This document shows, piece after piece, positions 7,994-16,037 of a DNA stretch of 32,000 nt. The notes under the pieces were generated by a model, which ran no database searches, was not told where the DNA came from, and saw nothing but the letters and a program-made list of their open reading frames with translations. Location of the stretch: positions 2,100,001 through 2,132,000 of the forward strand of contig NC_014729.1 in assembly GCF_000172995.2 (NCBI RefSeq), in the 5' to 3' direction. The stretch's first letter is position 1. Every line of letters begins with the position of its first letter. Origin of the DNA: Halogeometricum borinquense DSM 11551. GTDB taxonomy: Archaea; Halobacteriota; Halobacteria; Halobacteriales; Haloferacaceae. A program made the translations under genes and the position numbers.

Positions 7994-9144
7994 CGTCGTG
8001 CCTCCATGATGGTCGTCGTTACGCAGTTGCCGAACCCGCCGACGTTGCAGGCCAGTCCCGTCTGTGCCTCAACCTGCCGGTCGCCGGCTTCGCCCATCAA
8101 CTGCGCGTAAATCTCGTACGCCTGTGCCACGCCGGATGCGCCTAAGGGATGTCCCTTCGACTTCAACCCACCCGAGGTGTTTATCGGCAGGTCGCCGTCG
8201 CGGTCGGTAACACCCTCCTCGACAGCCTTCCAGCCCTCTCCTTTCTCGAAGAAGCCGAGATCTTCTGACTGGAGGAATTCGAGAATCGTAAACATGTCGT
8301 GCAGTTCCGCCACGTCGATGTCGTCGGGTTCGAGGTCGGCCATCTCGTACGCCTGCTCGGAGGAGTTGACGACGCCGCCCATCGTTGTCGGGTCGGCGCG
8401 TTCGTGGACGACGTGCGTATCCGTCGCGCCGCCGATTCCCGAGATGACGACGTACTCGTCGGTATACTCGCGGGCGACCGATTCCGGACAGAGCATCAGG
8501 GCCGCAGAGCCGTCAGTGATGGGACAGAAGTCGTACAGACGAAGCGGGTCCGCGACGATTGGCGAGTCGAGGACGGTGTCCAGATCGACTTCCTTCCGGA
8601 ACTGCGCGTGAGGGTTGTCCACGCCGTTTTTGTGGTTCTTGACCGCCACTTTCCCGAGTGACTCCCGCGGCGCGTCGTACGTGTCGAGGTACAGACGCGC
8701 CGTCAGACCCGCAAACGAGGGCAGCGTGACGCCGTGTTTGTACTCGGCGGGATGGGTGAGCGAGGCGATAACGTCCGTGGCTTCCGCCGTGGTTCGGTGC
8801 GTCATCTTCTCGCCGCCGACGAGGAGCGTCATCTCCGATGCGCCGGAGGCGACGGACTGCCACGCGGCGTAGATACCCGCGCCGCCGGACGACGACGTTT
8901 GGTCGATGCGCGCGGTGTAGGCCGGAAGCGCCGAGAGGTCGTGGGCGAGCGCGTTCGGAACGCCCGTTTGCCCCTCGAACTCGCCGCTGGCCATGTTCGA
9001 GACATAGAGGTGATCGATGGCGTCGGGCGAGACGCCAGCGTCGTCGAGACAGGCTTGACCGGCCTCAGCGAGCAATTCGCGTATCCACGCGTCGCGTTGC
9101 CCGAACTGGGTCATCGACGCGCCGATGACTGCTACGCTTTCCAT
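7990..9144 (-). CDS. Thiolase-domain protein (acetyl-CoA acetyltransferase-like)
   Basis: Evidence includes MESVAVIGASMTQFG, DFCPITDGSAALML, the C-terminal NTSGGLKSKGHPLGASGV and GLACNVGGFG. The archaeal thiolase length is 384 aa. Confidence 0.9.
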   Translation of the reverse strand: MESVAVIGASMTQFGQRDAWIRELLAEAGQACLDDAGVSPDAIDHLYVSNMASGEFEGQTGVPNALAHDLSALPAYTARIDQTSSSGGAGIYAAWQSVASGASEMTLLVGGEKMTHRTTAEATDVIASLTHPAEYKHGVTLPSFAGLTARLYLDTYDAPRESLGKVAVKNHKNGVDNPHAQFRKEVDLDTVLDSPIVADPLRLYDFCPITDGSAALMLCPESVAREYTDEYVVISGIGGATDTHVVHERADPTTMGGVVNSSEQAYEMADLEPDDIDVAELHDMFTILEFLQSEDLGFFEKGEGWKAVEEGVTDRDGDLPINTSGGLKSKGHPLGASGVAQAYEIYAQLMGEAGDRQVEAQTGLACNVGGFGNCVTTTIMEARR

Positions 9145-9253
9145 ACCTATCGACTCGGATCCGTCGGTTTACTCGTTTCCCTTCCTCACGGAAATCGTGT
9201 GCGGCCGCAACGTATCTCGAACCTTTTACTTCTCGGGCGCTCGGACGCCCGAT

Positions 9254-9670
9254 ATGGCAAACGACACCGTCGCTCCGACCGTGGGTGCTGTTGCGTCGCT
9301 CCTCCTCGCACTCGTGGTTTTCGCCCCCGCACTGCTCATCTCGGGGTCGAACGCCAGCGTTGCCGACTACTATGCCGCTGGACCCGTCGGCATCTCCGTC
9401 GTTGGGTTCTTTGCTCTCCTCGGAATCATCATCTTCCTCGCGGGGGCACAAGAGCGGACAGAACCCGCTATCATCGCGGGATTAACGCTTGTCCTCGGCG
9501 TGGCGATGCTTGCGTTCGCCGTGATCTGGGCGTTCTCCCTCGACCAAACGCTGCTGTTCAGTTTCCCGTCGCAGTACGCGTGGATTGCAAACCATCGGTG
9601 GGCTGTTATCGCGCTCACCGCCGTTGTTCCCGTCGCCGCCGGGGTCTACTCACGGCGCGTCCTCTCTTGA
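9254..9670 (+). CDS. Hypothetical integral membrane protein (about 4 TM)
   Basis: ORF 9125..9670 trimmed to the ATG at 9254 (MANDTVAPTVGAVASLLLALVVFAP...). It has four hydrophobic segments. Confidence 0.6.
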   Translation: MANDTVAPTVGAVASLLLALVVFAPALLISGSNASVADYYAAGPVGISVVGFFALLGIIIFLAGAQERTEPAIIAGLTLVLGVAMLAFAVIWAFSLDQTLLFSFPSQYAWIANHRWAVIALTAVVPVAAGVYSRRVLS

Positions 9671-9779
9671 GGCCGGACGCAAGCGTTCTACAACCGCAAT
9701 CACGGCGCTGTCTTCCGATTTTGTGGAGATACGAGTCGAAAGTCCCTTATGCACCGCCGGCTAATCGGTTGATGGACTA

Positions 9780-10080
9780 GGTCGGGCAGCTAGGCCCTGC
9801 CCTTTACCCGCAACTTCGGCCTTTAGCGGGGACCGAACCCGGGTGCGTCCGGTCAGACCGGTACGGGCCCCGGGAGCCAACGCAGAAGCCTCGTCCGTCG
9901 GGGACAGCGGTCCGTGGAAGTCGTCCGCAGGGTCGGCTGAACCGCGGTTCGTCGGTGACACTCCGCCAGGCGCGGAAGCGAGCAGCGGATCACCGGACGT
10001 ATGTCGCTCGAGGGATTGCGGGGTGGAGGAGGCAACCGGGATTCCCCGCACCGGAACGCCGGGCAACCCCGTCGTCCACC
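9780..10080 (+). ncRNA. Signal recognition particle RNA (archaeal 7S RNA)
   Basis: Helix 8 core: CAGGCGC-GGAA-GCGAGCAGC (9967-9986) aligns with the universal CAGGUCC-GGAA-GGAAGCAGC, with compensatory stem changes and a GNAR tetraloop. The 5-prime Alu-like domain is GGTC, hairpin GGGCAG-ctaggcc-CTGCCC, hairpin CCCGC-aacttcggccttta-GCGGG, then GACC. Both loops carry GGCC and could form a loop-loop contact. Long helix 5 pairing: CCGGTACGGG with CCCGCACCGG, and GTCCGGT with GCCGGGC. A TATA-like cccttatgc lies about 30 nt upstream. There is no credible coding frame. The 3-prime end is uncertain by 10-20 nt. Confidence 0.8.
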
Positions 10081-10274
10081 ATTCATACCGCATTCTACTT
10101 CGACAGCCGTGCCGCTGTCCTCCGGTCGATCTCGTCGAATACGGAGCACCGTCGCTATTCCGGGTTATAGCCGCCAGAACCCCTGTTACGCGTTTATCTC
10201 GTACTGGGACTACCCCGCATAGGCTTCCCAGATACTGTGATTTAACTCCGCGTACCATTTCGATTCGAATACCG

Positions 10275-11570
10275 ATGGCACGGAGCGTCGGGGGATCGTT
10301 GGGACTCCTCAAGGACAGAGAATTCGCCGCGCTGGCGGGCACCGCGTTCGCCCGGAGTCAGGCGTACTCGACGATTCTCATCGCCCTCGCGCTCTACGCC
10401 GATCAGTTCGGAACGACGGGCTTCGTGGAGGGTCTGTTCGGCACCGCATTCGCCGTGGTCCAACTGCTTATCGTCCTCCCGCTCGGTCGCAAAGTGGACA
10501 CCGGCAACGCCAAGCACTACCTTCTCGCCGGACTCGTGGTCAACGTCGCCGTCTTCATCGGGTTCACGCAAGTTCAAAACTCGACGCACGTCGTCCTCAT
10601 GCGAATGGTGCAGGGACTCGGGGCAAGCCTCCTCTGGATAACCGGTTCGACCGTCGTCGGCGAGATCAGCCCCGACGACTCCAGCGGTCGGTGGTTGGGC
10701 GCGTACAACCAAGTCGCCGCGTTCTCTAGTCTCGCGGGCGACGTGATCGGCGGGTACCTGTTGTACGCTTACCAGACGTACGTCGTCTATATGGCACTCA
10801 GCGCCGTCACTATCGCGGCGTTCCTGCTCGTTTGGCGCTACCTGCGTGAGAACCCCGGCGGTCGAAAAGACCCTGAGGAAGCGACGGGGACAGAGACACT
10901 GCGTGCCCTCCTTGATCGGCCGATGATTCGCTCGTTGGTCTTCTTCCGCCTCGCGTTCAGCGTCGGCAAGATGGCGGTTATCATCTTTCTACCCATCTTC
11001 GCGCACAAGCAGTTCGGGATCAACGCCTTCGCTATCGGCTGGATTCTGGCCGGAGGCAAGTTGACGAAGACGGTCGCGCAGGGCTACATGGGCGATCTGA
11101 CCGACAGGTTAGGCTCGAAACACTGGTTCGTCGCCGTCGGCGCGGCGCTCTACGGTATCGGGACGGCGCTCATTCCCCTTGCACTCTATTTTGAGGGCGT
11201 CGTAACTCCTATCGAGTTCAGCGCCTTCGGAAAAACGCAGGCCTTGGGCGGGGCGTTCTTCGCGCTGTTCGCCGCCTACGGCGTCCTCGGCGTCGCAGAC
11301 AGTATTCGCCTCCCCGCGAGCATGGCGTTGTTCGTCGAAGAGGGCGAGCGATTCGACTCCGTAGCGTCGAGTATGTCGCTTCGCTCCATCTCGTGGAAAA
11401 TCGGGCAGGTCGCGGGACCGGCGCTCGTCGGGACGATCAAAGATGTCGTTTCGACCACGGCCGCCTTCCTCACGGCGGCGGCGTTCATCATCGTCGCGAC
11501 CGGTATTTTTCTCGTGACGTACTATCTCACGTCGCGGGTAGAGAGTCCGAGACCGGTGACAAGCGATTGA
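10275..11570 (+). CDS. MFS transporter
   Basis: The 575-aa ORF is trimmed to the ATG at 10275 (MARSVGGSLGLLKDREFAAL...), because its upstream part overlaps the SRP RNA. About 12 hydrophobic segments. The MFS loop motif is PLGRKVDTGNAK. TATA-like atttaac lies about 30 nt upstream. Confidence 0.85.
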   Translation: MARSVGGSLGLLKDREFAALAGTAFARSQAYSTILIALALYADQFGTTGFVEGLFGTAFAVVQLLIVLPLGRKVDTGNAKHYLLAGLVVNVAVFIGFTQVQNSTHVVLMRMVQGLGASLLWITGSTVVGEISPDDSSGRWLGAYNQVAAFSSLAGDVIGGYLLYAYQTYVVYMALSAVTIAAFLLVWRYLRENPGGRKDPEEATGTETLRALLDRPMIRSLVFFRLAFSVGKMAVIIFLPIFAHKQFGINAFAIGWILAGGKLTKTVAQGYMGDLTDRLGSKHWFVAVGAALYGIGTALIPLALYFEGVVTPIEFSAFGKTQALGGAFFALFAAYGVLGVADSIRLPASMALFVEEGERFDSVASSMSLRSISWKIGQVAGPALVGTIKDVVSTTAAFLTAAAFIIVATGIFLVTYYLTSRVESPRPVTSD

Positions 11571-11639
11571 AATAGTGTGCAGCAAAAATACGCCGGCCGG
11601 GAGTTCACCGAACGTCGGCCGGCAAACGACCGTAGGGAA

Positions 11640-11710
11640 TGCGCCGGCCGGGATTTGAACCCGGGCCATGAGCTTGGAAGGCTCAGGTCCTGCCACTAGA
11701 CCACCGGCGC
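11640..11710 (-). tRNA. tRNA-Gly: tRNA-Gly (anticodon UCC)
   Basis: The reverse complement is GCGCCGG TG GTCT AGTGGCA GGAC C TGAGC CTTCCAA GCTCA TGGC CCGGG TTCAAAT CCCGG CCGGCGC A. It folds into a perfect cloverleaf with anticodon loop CT-TCC-AA. CCA is not encoded. Confidence 0.95.
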
Positions 11711-11914
11711 TCACTTCGTTCGCACCGAGCATCGACAGACTGCGTCTGTCTCAACACCGGCGCTGACTCACGCTGTTCATTCGCGCCCCGAGCCGCCACC
11801 CACTTCGTCGGTGGCGACATCGACGCTTACCCCCGTCCCGTAGACGGGGGCGAACAACGTTCACTCTCTTGTTTTCGACGCCGGAATAAGGATGTTACTT
11901 TTTCGATCCGTGAA

Positions 11915-12982
11915 TCAGTCGTCGTCAACTGCCGATTCGACTTCCGGGGACTGGATGGGTGGCGCGCGTGCCTCCTCGAACTCGTCGGCGGCGGCGTGGA
12001 TTCTGTCACCCAACCCCGGCACTTCATCACGCGTCACAGCGCCGTTCTCACGCACATCGTCCAGACTCCGTGGGAACTCGCGCAGTTCGTAGTGGATGGC
12101 GAGACCGGCCTGTGCGCCCTTCCCCATGGCGACGGGAATCTGGTTGTGGCCGGGCGTGATATCGCCGACGGCGTAGACGCCTTCGACGCTCGTCTCGCCG
12201 TCTTCGGAGACGGCAACGGTGCCGTCCTCGTTGAGGTCGCACCCCAACTGTTCTGCGAGGTCGGTGCTGTAGTTCGACCCGTACATCGGGAACCCGCCGC
12301 GGTAGTTGCGGACGGTGCCGTCCTCGAACTCGAACGCTTCCAACCACCCGTTATCGGACTTCCGCATTCCGGAGATTTCAGTCTCGATGATGTCAATCGG
12401 ATGCGCACGGAGTCGTTCGTCCGTCTCCTCGCTCCACGCCGGTTCCTCACCGCGAAGCAGAATATCCACCTCGTCGGTGAAGTTGAGCATAATCATCGCC
12501 ACGTGGGCCGCCGACTCGCCGGTTCCCATCACGAACACCGGGCGGTCGATGAACATGTAGGCGTCGCAGTGCAGACAGTAGTGCAGGCCTTTGCCCGTCC
12601 GCGGCACCGGCGGCTCCGGCCGTTCGTCGTTGAACCCCATCCCGAGGACGATTCTGTCGGCGACGAACTCGCTGTTGTTGCCAACGAGGTGGAACCGACC
12701 GTCGTCCAGCCGCGTCGCCTCCGTCACGAGGTCACGGTGAAAGTCTGCACCGTACGATTCGACCTGCTCTCGGGCCGTCTGGAGGAGTTCGTTACCCGAA
12801 ACCTCCTCGGTAACGCCGATCACGTTGTGCGTGTCGAGCATCATCGCGGCGCGGCCACCACCCCGGTCTACGACTGCCGTATCGTGCCCGAGTCGGGCCG
12901 TGTAGAGCGCGGTCTGTAGTCCCGCCGGACCCCCACCAATCACCACAACGTCGTACGACTCCGCATCACCCATCTCTGTCAT
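11915..12982 (-). CDS. FAD-dependent pyridine nucleotide-disulfide oxidoreductase, thioredoxin-reductase-like
   Basis: YDVVVIGGGPAGLQTALYTAR (FAD GxGxxG), a CLHCD redox-type CxxC, VFVMGTGESAAHVA (second dinucleotide fold) and VYAVGDITPG. It has an acidic C-terminal extension. Confidence 0.85.
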   Translation of the reverse strand: MTEMGDAESYDVVVIGGGPAGLQTALYTARLGHDTAVVDRGGGRAAMMLDTHNVIGVTEEVSGNELLQTAREQVESYGADFHRDLVTEATRLDDGRFHLVGNNSEFVADRIVLGMGFNDERPEPPVPRTGKGLHYCLHCDAYMFIDRPVFVMGTGESAAHVAMIMLNFTDEVDILLRGEEPAWSEETDERLRAHPIDIIETEISGMRKSDNGWLEAFEFEDGTVRNYRGGFPMYGSNYSTDLAEQLGCDLNEDGTVAVSEDGETSVEGVYAVGDITPGHNQIPVAMGKGAQAGLAIHYELREFPRSLDDVRENGAVTRDEVPGLGDRIHAAADEFEEARAPPIQSPEVESAVDDD

Positions 12983-13056
12983 GCTGTCGTACAGTTACTG
13001 CCGAATATTCTTAAACGCAAAGCACGAATGCGGACAATCCGACCACCCGGTTCATG

Positions 13057-13809
13057 TTAGCACGAATCAGTGATTGCAGGGTCATCCGCCGGGGCGACGA
13101 CGGCATAGCAGTTGCCGCTAGAGACGAACGACTCGACCACCGAGAGCGTTGAATCTTCGAGGTCAGCCGCGAACTCGTCAGTGTCGTAGATGTGGTAGTA
13201 GCGCGGGACTGGTTCGCCGCCGGGGAGCGTCCAATCTACGGTCGTGTCGAATCCGTCCGTAGCATCGAATCGGTCGTGTTCCACGGACCACGCGCTGACG
13301 AGGGCGCGACCACCCGGCGCAAGGACGCGCGCGAGTTCCGAGAGGCTCGCTACGCGCGCCGAACGCGGTCTGAGGTGGTGCAACGTCGCTACGTAGACGG
13401 CAAGAGAAACACTGTCGTCACGGAGGGGGAGCGACGCGGCGTCTCCCTGTACGAGATTCGCCGAGAATCCTCGTTCTGCGGACCGTTCGCGGGCCTGGTC
13501 GAGGAGTCCCCGACTCGCGTCGAGCGCGACGACCGATTCGACGTGTTCGGCCATCACCTCGGCGTGGCGGCCGTTGCCGCATCCGAGGTCAAGCCCCCGC
13601 GCTGGCGGCGTCTCGACCTCGGAATCAGCTTCCGCGGAACCCATCGTTACAGAAGCCGCGTCCGTCGCATCCGCGGCGTAGTCATCGAGGAACGACTCCA
13701 CTTCGGGCCACGGGTACTCGCGCGTCGAGGAGAAATGTTCGGCGATGCGGTCGTACGTCTCGTGCGGCGTCTCGGCGTCGTCGGGGAGCGACCGGTCGTC
13801 GCGGACCAT
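13057..13809 (-). CDS. Class I SAM-dependent methyltransferase, Trm9-like
   Basis: ORF trimmed to the ATG at 13809. TYDRIAEHFSSTREYPWPEVESFL resembles the Trm9/ALKBH8 methyltransferase N-terminal motif. GLDLGCGNGRH is SAM motif I. The C-terminal RYYHIYDTDEF is also family-like. Confidence 0.8.
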   Translation of the reverse strand: MVRDDRSLPDDAETPHETYDRIAEHFSSTREYPWPEVESFLDDYAADATDAASVTMGSAEADSEVETPPARGLDLGCGNGRHAEVMAEHVESVVALDASRGLLDQARERSAERGFSANLVQGDAASLPLRDDSVSLAVYVATLHHLRPRSARVASLSELARVLAPGGRALVSAWSVEHDRFDATDGFDTTVDWTLPGGEPVPRYYHIYDTDEFAADLEDSTLSVVESFVSSGNCYAVVAPADDPAITDSC

Positions 13810-13876
13810 AGTGGCGGAACGTGGGGCGTCTACTAAGCGTCCACGACTCCGGAGCGGTGAATAGAGAAAAGCGGTG

Positions 13877-16036
13877 TCAGAGGAATACAAAGAGAGCGTA
13901 GGAAACTGTGAGGAGGACGACGGCGTGTTTCAGGCCGTCGAACACGCGCCCTTCACCGAGTTGTCCGGCGATGAGACCCGAGCAAATCGCCTGAATCGTC
14001 GCCGCGTGGAAGAACAGCAGTTCGTACGCGGTCGTATCAACGTCGCTGAGTCCGGAGAATACACCGGTCGAGACACCCTGTACCTCACCGCTACTGATGG
14101 CTGACGACTGACTCGCCGCTTCGACAGATGGAATGAACGCCAGCGTCAACGCGACGACGATGCCGAGGAAGACGAAAAACGAGATATAGATGACGACGAG
14201 GTAGGTCATCATCTCCTGTCGGCGCTCGCGGAGCAGACGGCGACTGTCCTGCGCTTCGTTCGCGGCGATACGGAGAACCGGCGCGACCTCACCGCTGGCG
14301 GCGACGGCGTTCATGATGAGCGTCACCGCGCGAGAAACCATCGGAACTTGCGCTCGACGGTCGAACCCACGGAGGGCGTTCCGGAGTGACGCACCCCACT
14401 GGATGTCGCGCCACGTCCGCCGGAGTTCCTCGCTGATGGGACCGAGGTCGCTCTGTGCGAGTCGGTGCAGGCTTTTGACGACGGTGACGCCCGCCTCGTT
14501 GACGCTCGCCATCCGGTCGAGGAAATCCGGCATTTCCCGCTCTATCGCCTTCAGGCGACGCTTCCGAAGCTCATAGGCGAGCGTGATTCCGCCCATGGAC
14601 AGAAGCGTCAGTTCGACAAGCGGGCCGTCCACGACGGCGGCAAACGCCGTCCATTCCCCTTCGAGGCCCGGGAGGACGGCGGCCCGGAGCGTCTGGACTG
14701 CCGACCGAACATCTAGGGTTAGCGCAATCCAGATGAGGCCGAGCGGGAGCGTCACTGCCAGCGTGTATAGCGGATTTTCGAGCATGCTCTGTCCGGGTTG
14801 GGAAAGAGCACGCGTTGCCACCGACAGTCGGTCGTACACCGCCAGTCGCTCTCGGTTCGCCCGCCACCTGTCGTTTTCGAGGACGCCACCGTCGGCGGTG
14901 ACTATCTCGGCCTCGGCGTCCGTGACAGCGACGGGAGCGTTCGATTCTCCCGAAGCGTCGTCCGCATCGGCGACGGAACCGGTCCGTCCGGGGGCGCGAA
15001 GCGACTCGGTGACGCTGTCAACGTAGACGACGAACGCGACGCTAGCCAGCGGGAGGCCGAGATAGATGATGACTCGGAGAAGCGGAAGGGTATCTTGCAT
15101 GACCAATCCGACGACAACAAGAATCGTGATCAAAAACAGCGGTCCCGCCACGAGGACAGTGACGTACACTTCCGCGAACGTCGCCAGCAGTTCGAGGTAC
15201 TGTTGCTGTTGGGCCTCCGATTCGGCTTGGAACCGGTCGTACTGCTCGTGGAGGAACGCCGAGAGGCTCTGTCCGCTGGTGAGAACGCTCGTGAGGTTTT
15301 CGGTGAAATCATCGAGTCGCTGACTCGGTGTCCGTTCGGCCATTCGCCGGAGCGCAGTCGGTAAGTCGGTCCCGAACGTTTGCACGTCGTTAACGGCGAC
15401 GCCGAACTCCCGGGCGGCCTCCCCGTAGACGTGCTGGTTCTCCGTCAGCGTCGCTAGCACCTTCTGAAACGGCATTCCAGACCGAGAGAGAGCGTAGATA
15501 AAGGCAATCGTTTGGGGAAGCGCGGCGTCGATTTGTACGCGGCGGGCGCGCGCCCGTTGGTCGAGATACTCCCACCGAACGACGTAGGTCCCCGCGGCCA
15601 ACGTCGCACCGACAGTCGCACTGGAGACGAGGACGAGACCGAACAACTCGTACACCGAGAGGTTCGGCATCGAGGCCACTGCGGCAAGAAACCCGAGCGC
15701 GGGGGGTAACGCCTCTCGCAATGCCGACGCCGGAACGGCAAACGTCTGGACGATGAGCGCCGCAAAGTAGACGCCGAAGACGCTTCCGGCGATGCCGAAG
15801 ACGGCAGACATCAAGAGCGTCTTCGACGAATACACGCGATGGCTCTCGCCGACGAACGCCGCACGAAGCGACGACTCCTGTTGTCGTCGCCGCGGACTCT
15901 CGTTCATCACGTGCCACCCGAACAACGGGAGCGAAATGCGGGTAATGAACAGATTCGCTCTCGAACTCACCGGCGAGAGTACAACTGGGAGACAGAAGAT
16001 CACCGCGAGTACGAGTGGGAGATAGCCGACGACCAT
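13877..16036 (-). CDS. pilC: Type IV filament platform membrane protein (PilC/TadC/FlaJ-like, double T2SSF domain)
   Basis: It has many TM segments and two repeated soluble blocks of T2SSF type (..QTIAFIYALSRSGMPFQKVLATL.. and ..DFLDRMASVNEAGVTVVKSLHRLA..). I chose the ATG at 16036 because it lies 1 nt after the TAA of the upstream ATPase. The longer 773-aa reading overlaps that gene. Confidence 0.85.
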   Translation of the reverse strand: MVVGYLPLVLAVIFCLPVVLSPVSSRANLFITRISLPLFGWHVMNESPRRRQQESSLRAAFVGESHRVYSSKTLLMSAVFGIAGSVFGVYFAALIVQTFAVPASALREALPPALGFLAAVASMPNLSVYELFGLVLVSSATVGATLAAGTYVVRWEYLDQRARARRVQIDAALPQTIAFIYALSRSGMPFQKVLATLTENQHVYGEAAREFGVAVNDVQTFGTDLPTALRRMAERTPSQRLDDFTENLTSVLTSGQSLSAFLHEQYDRFQAESEAQQQQYLELLATFAEVYVTVLVAGPLFLITILVVVGLVMQDTLPLLRVIIYLGLPLASVAFVVYVDSVTESLRAPGRTGSVADADDASGESNAPVAVTDAEAEIVTADGGVLENDRWRANRERLAVYDRLSVATRALSQPGQSMLENPLYTLAVTLPLGLIWIALTLDVRSAVQTLRAAVLPGLEGEWTAFAAVVDGPLVELTLLSMGGITLAYELRKRRLKAIEREMPDFLDRMASVNEAGVTVVKSLHRLAQSDLGPISEELRRTWRDIQWGASLRNALRGFDRRAQVPMVSRAVTLIMNAVAASGEVAPVLRIAANEAQDSRRLLRERRQEMMTYLVVIYISFFVFLGIVVALTLAFIPSVEAASQSSAISSGEVQGVSTGVFSGLSDVDTTAYELLFFHAATIQAICSGLIAGQLGEGRVFDGLKHAVVLLTVSYALFVFL

Positions 16037-16037
16037 A

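Noticed and set aside
9843-10274. N-terminal 144 codons of the 575-aa ORF, which would give an MFS transporter an odd soluble extension.
   Set aside because: The region folds as SRP RNA with the universal helix 8 motif. The translation (PGANAEASSVGDSGPWKSSAGSAEPRF...) has no protein-like features. The MFS has a proper ATG at 10275 with a TATA box.
11109-11732. A 207-aa minus-strand ORF spanning the MFS 3-prime end and the tRNA.
   Set aside because: It runs through a perfect tRNA-Gly cloverleaf and is antisense to the MFS gene. Its composition is an Arg/Gly-rich artefact.
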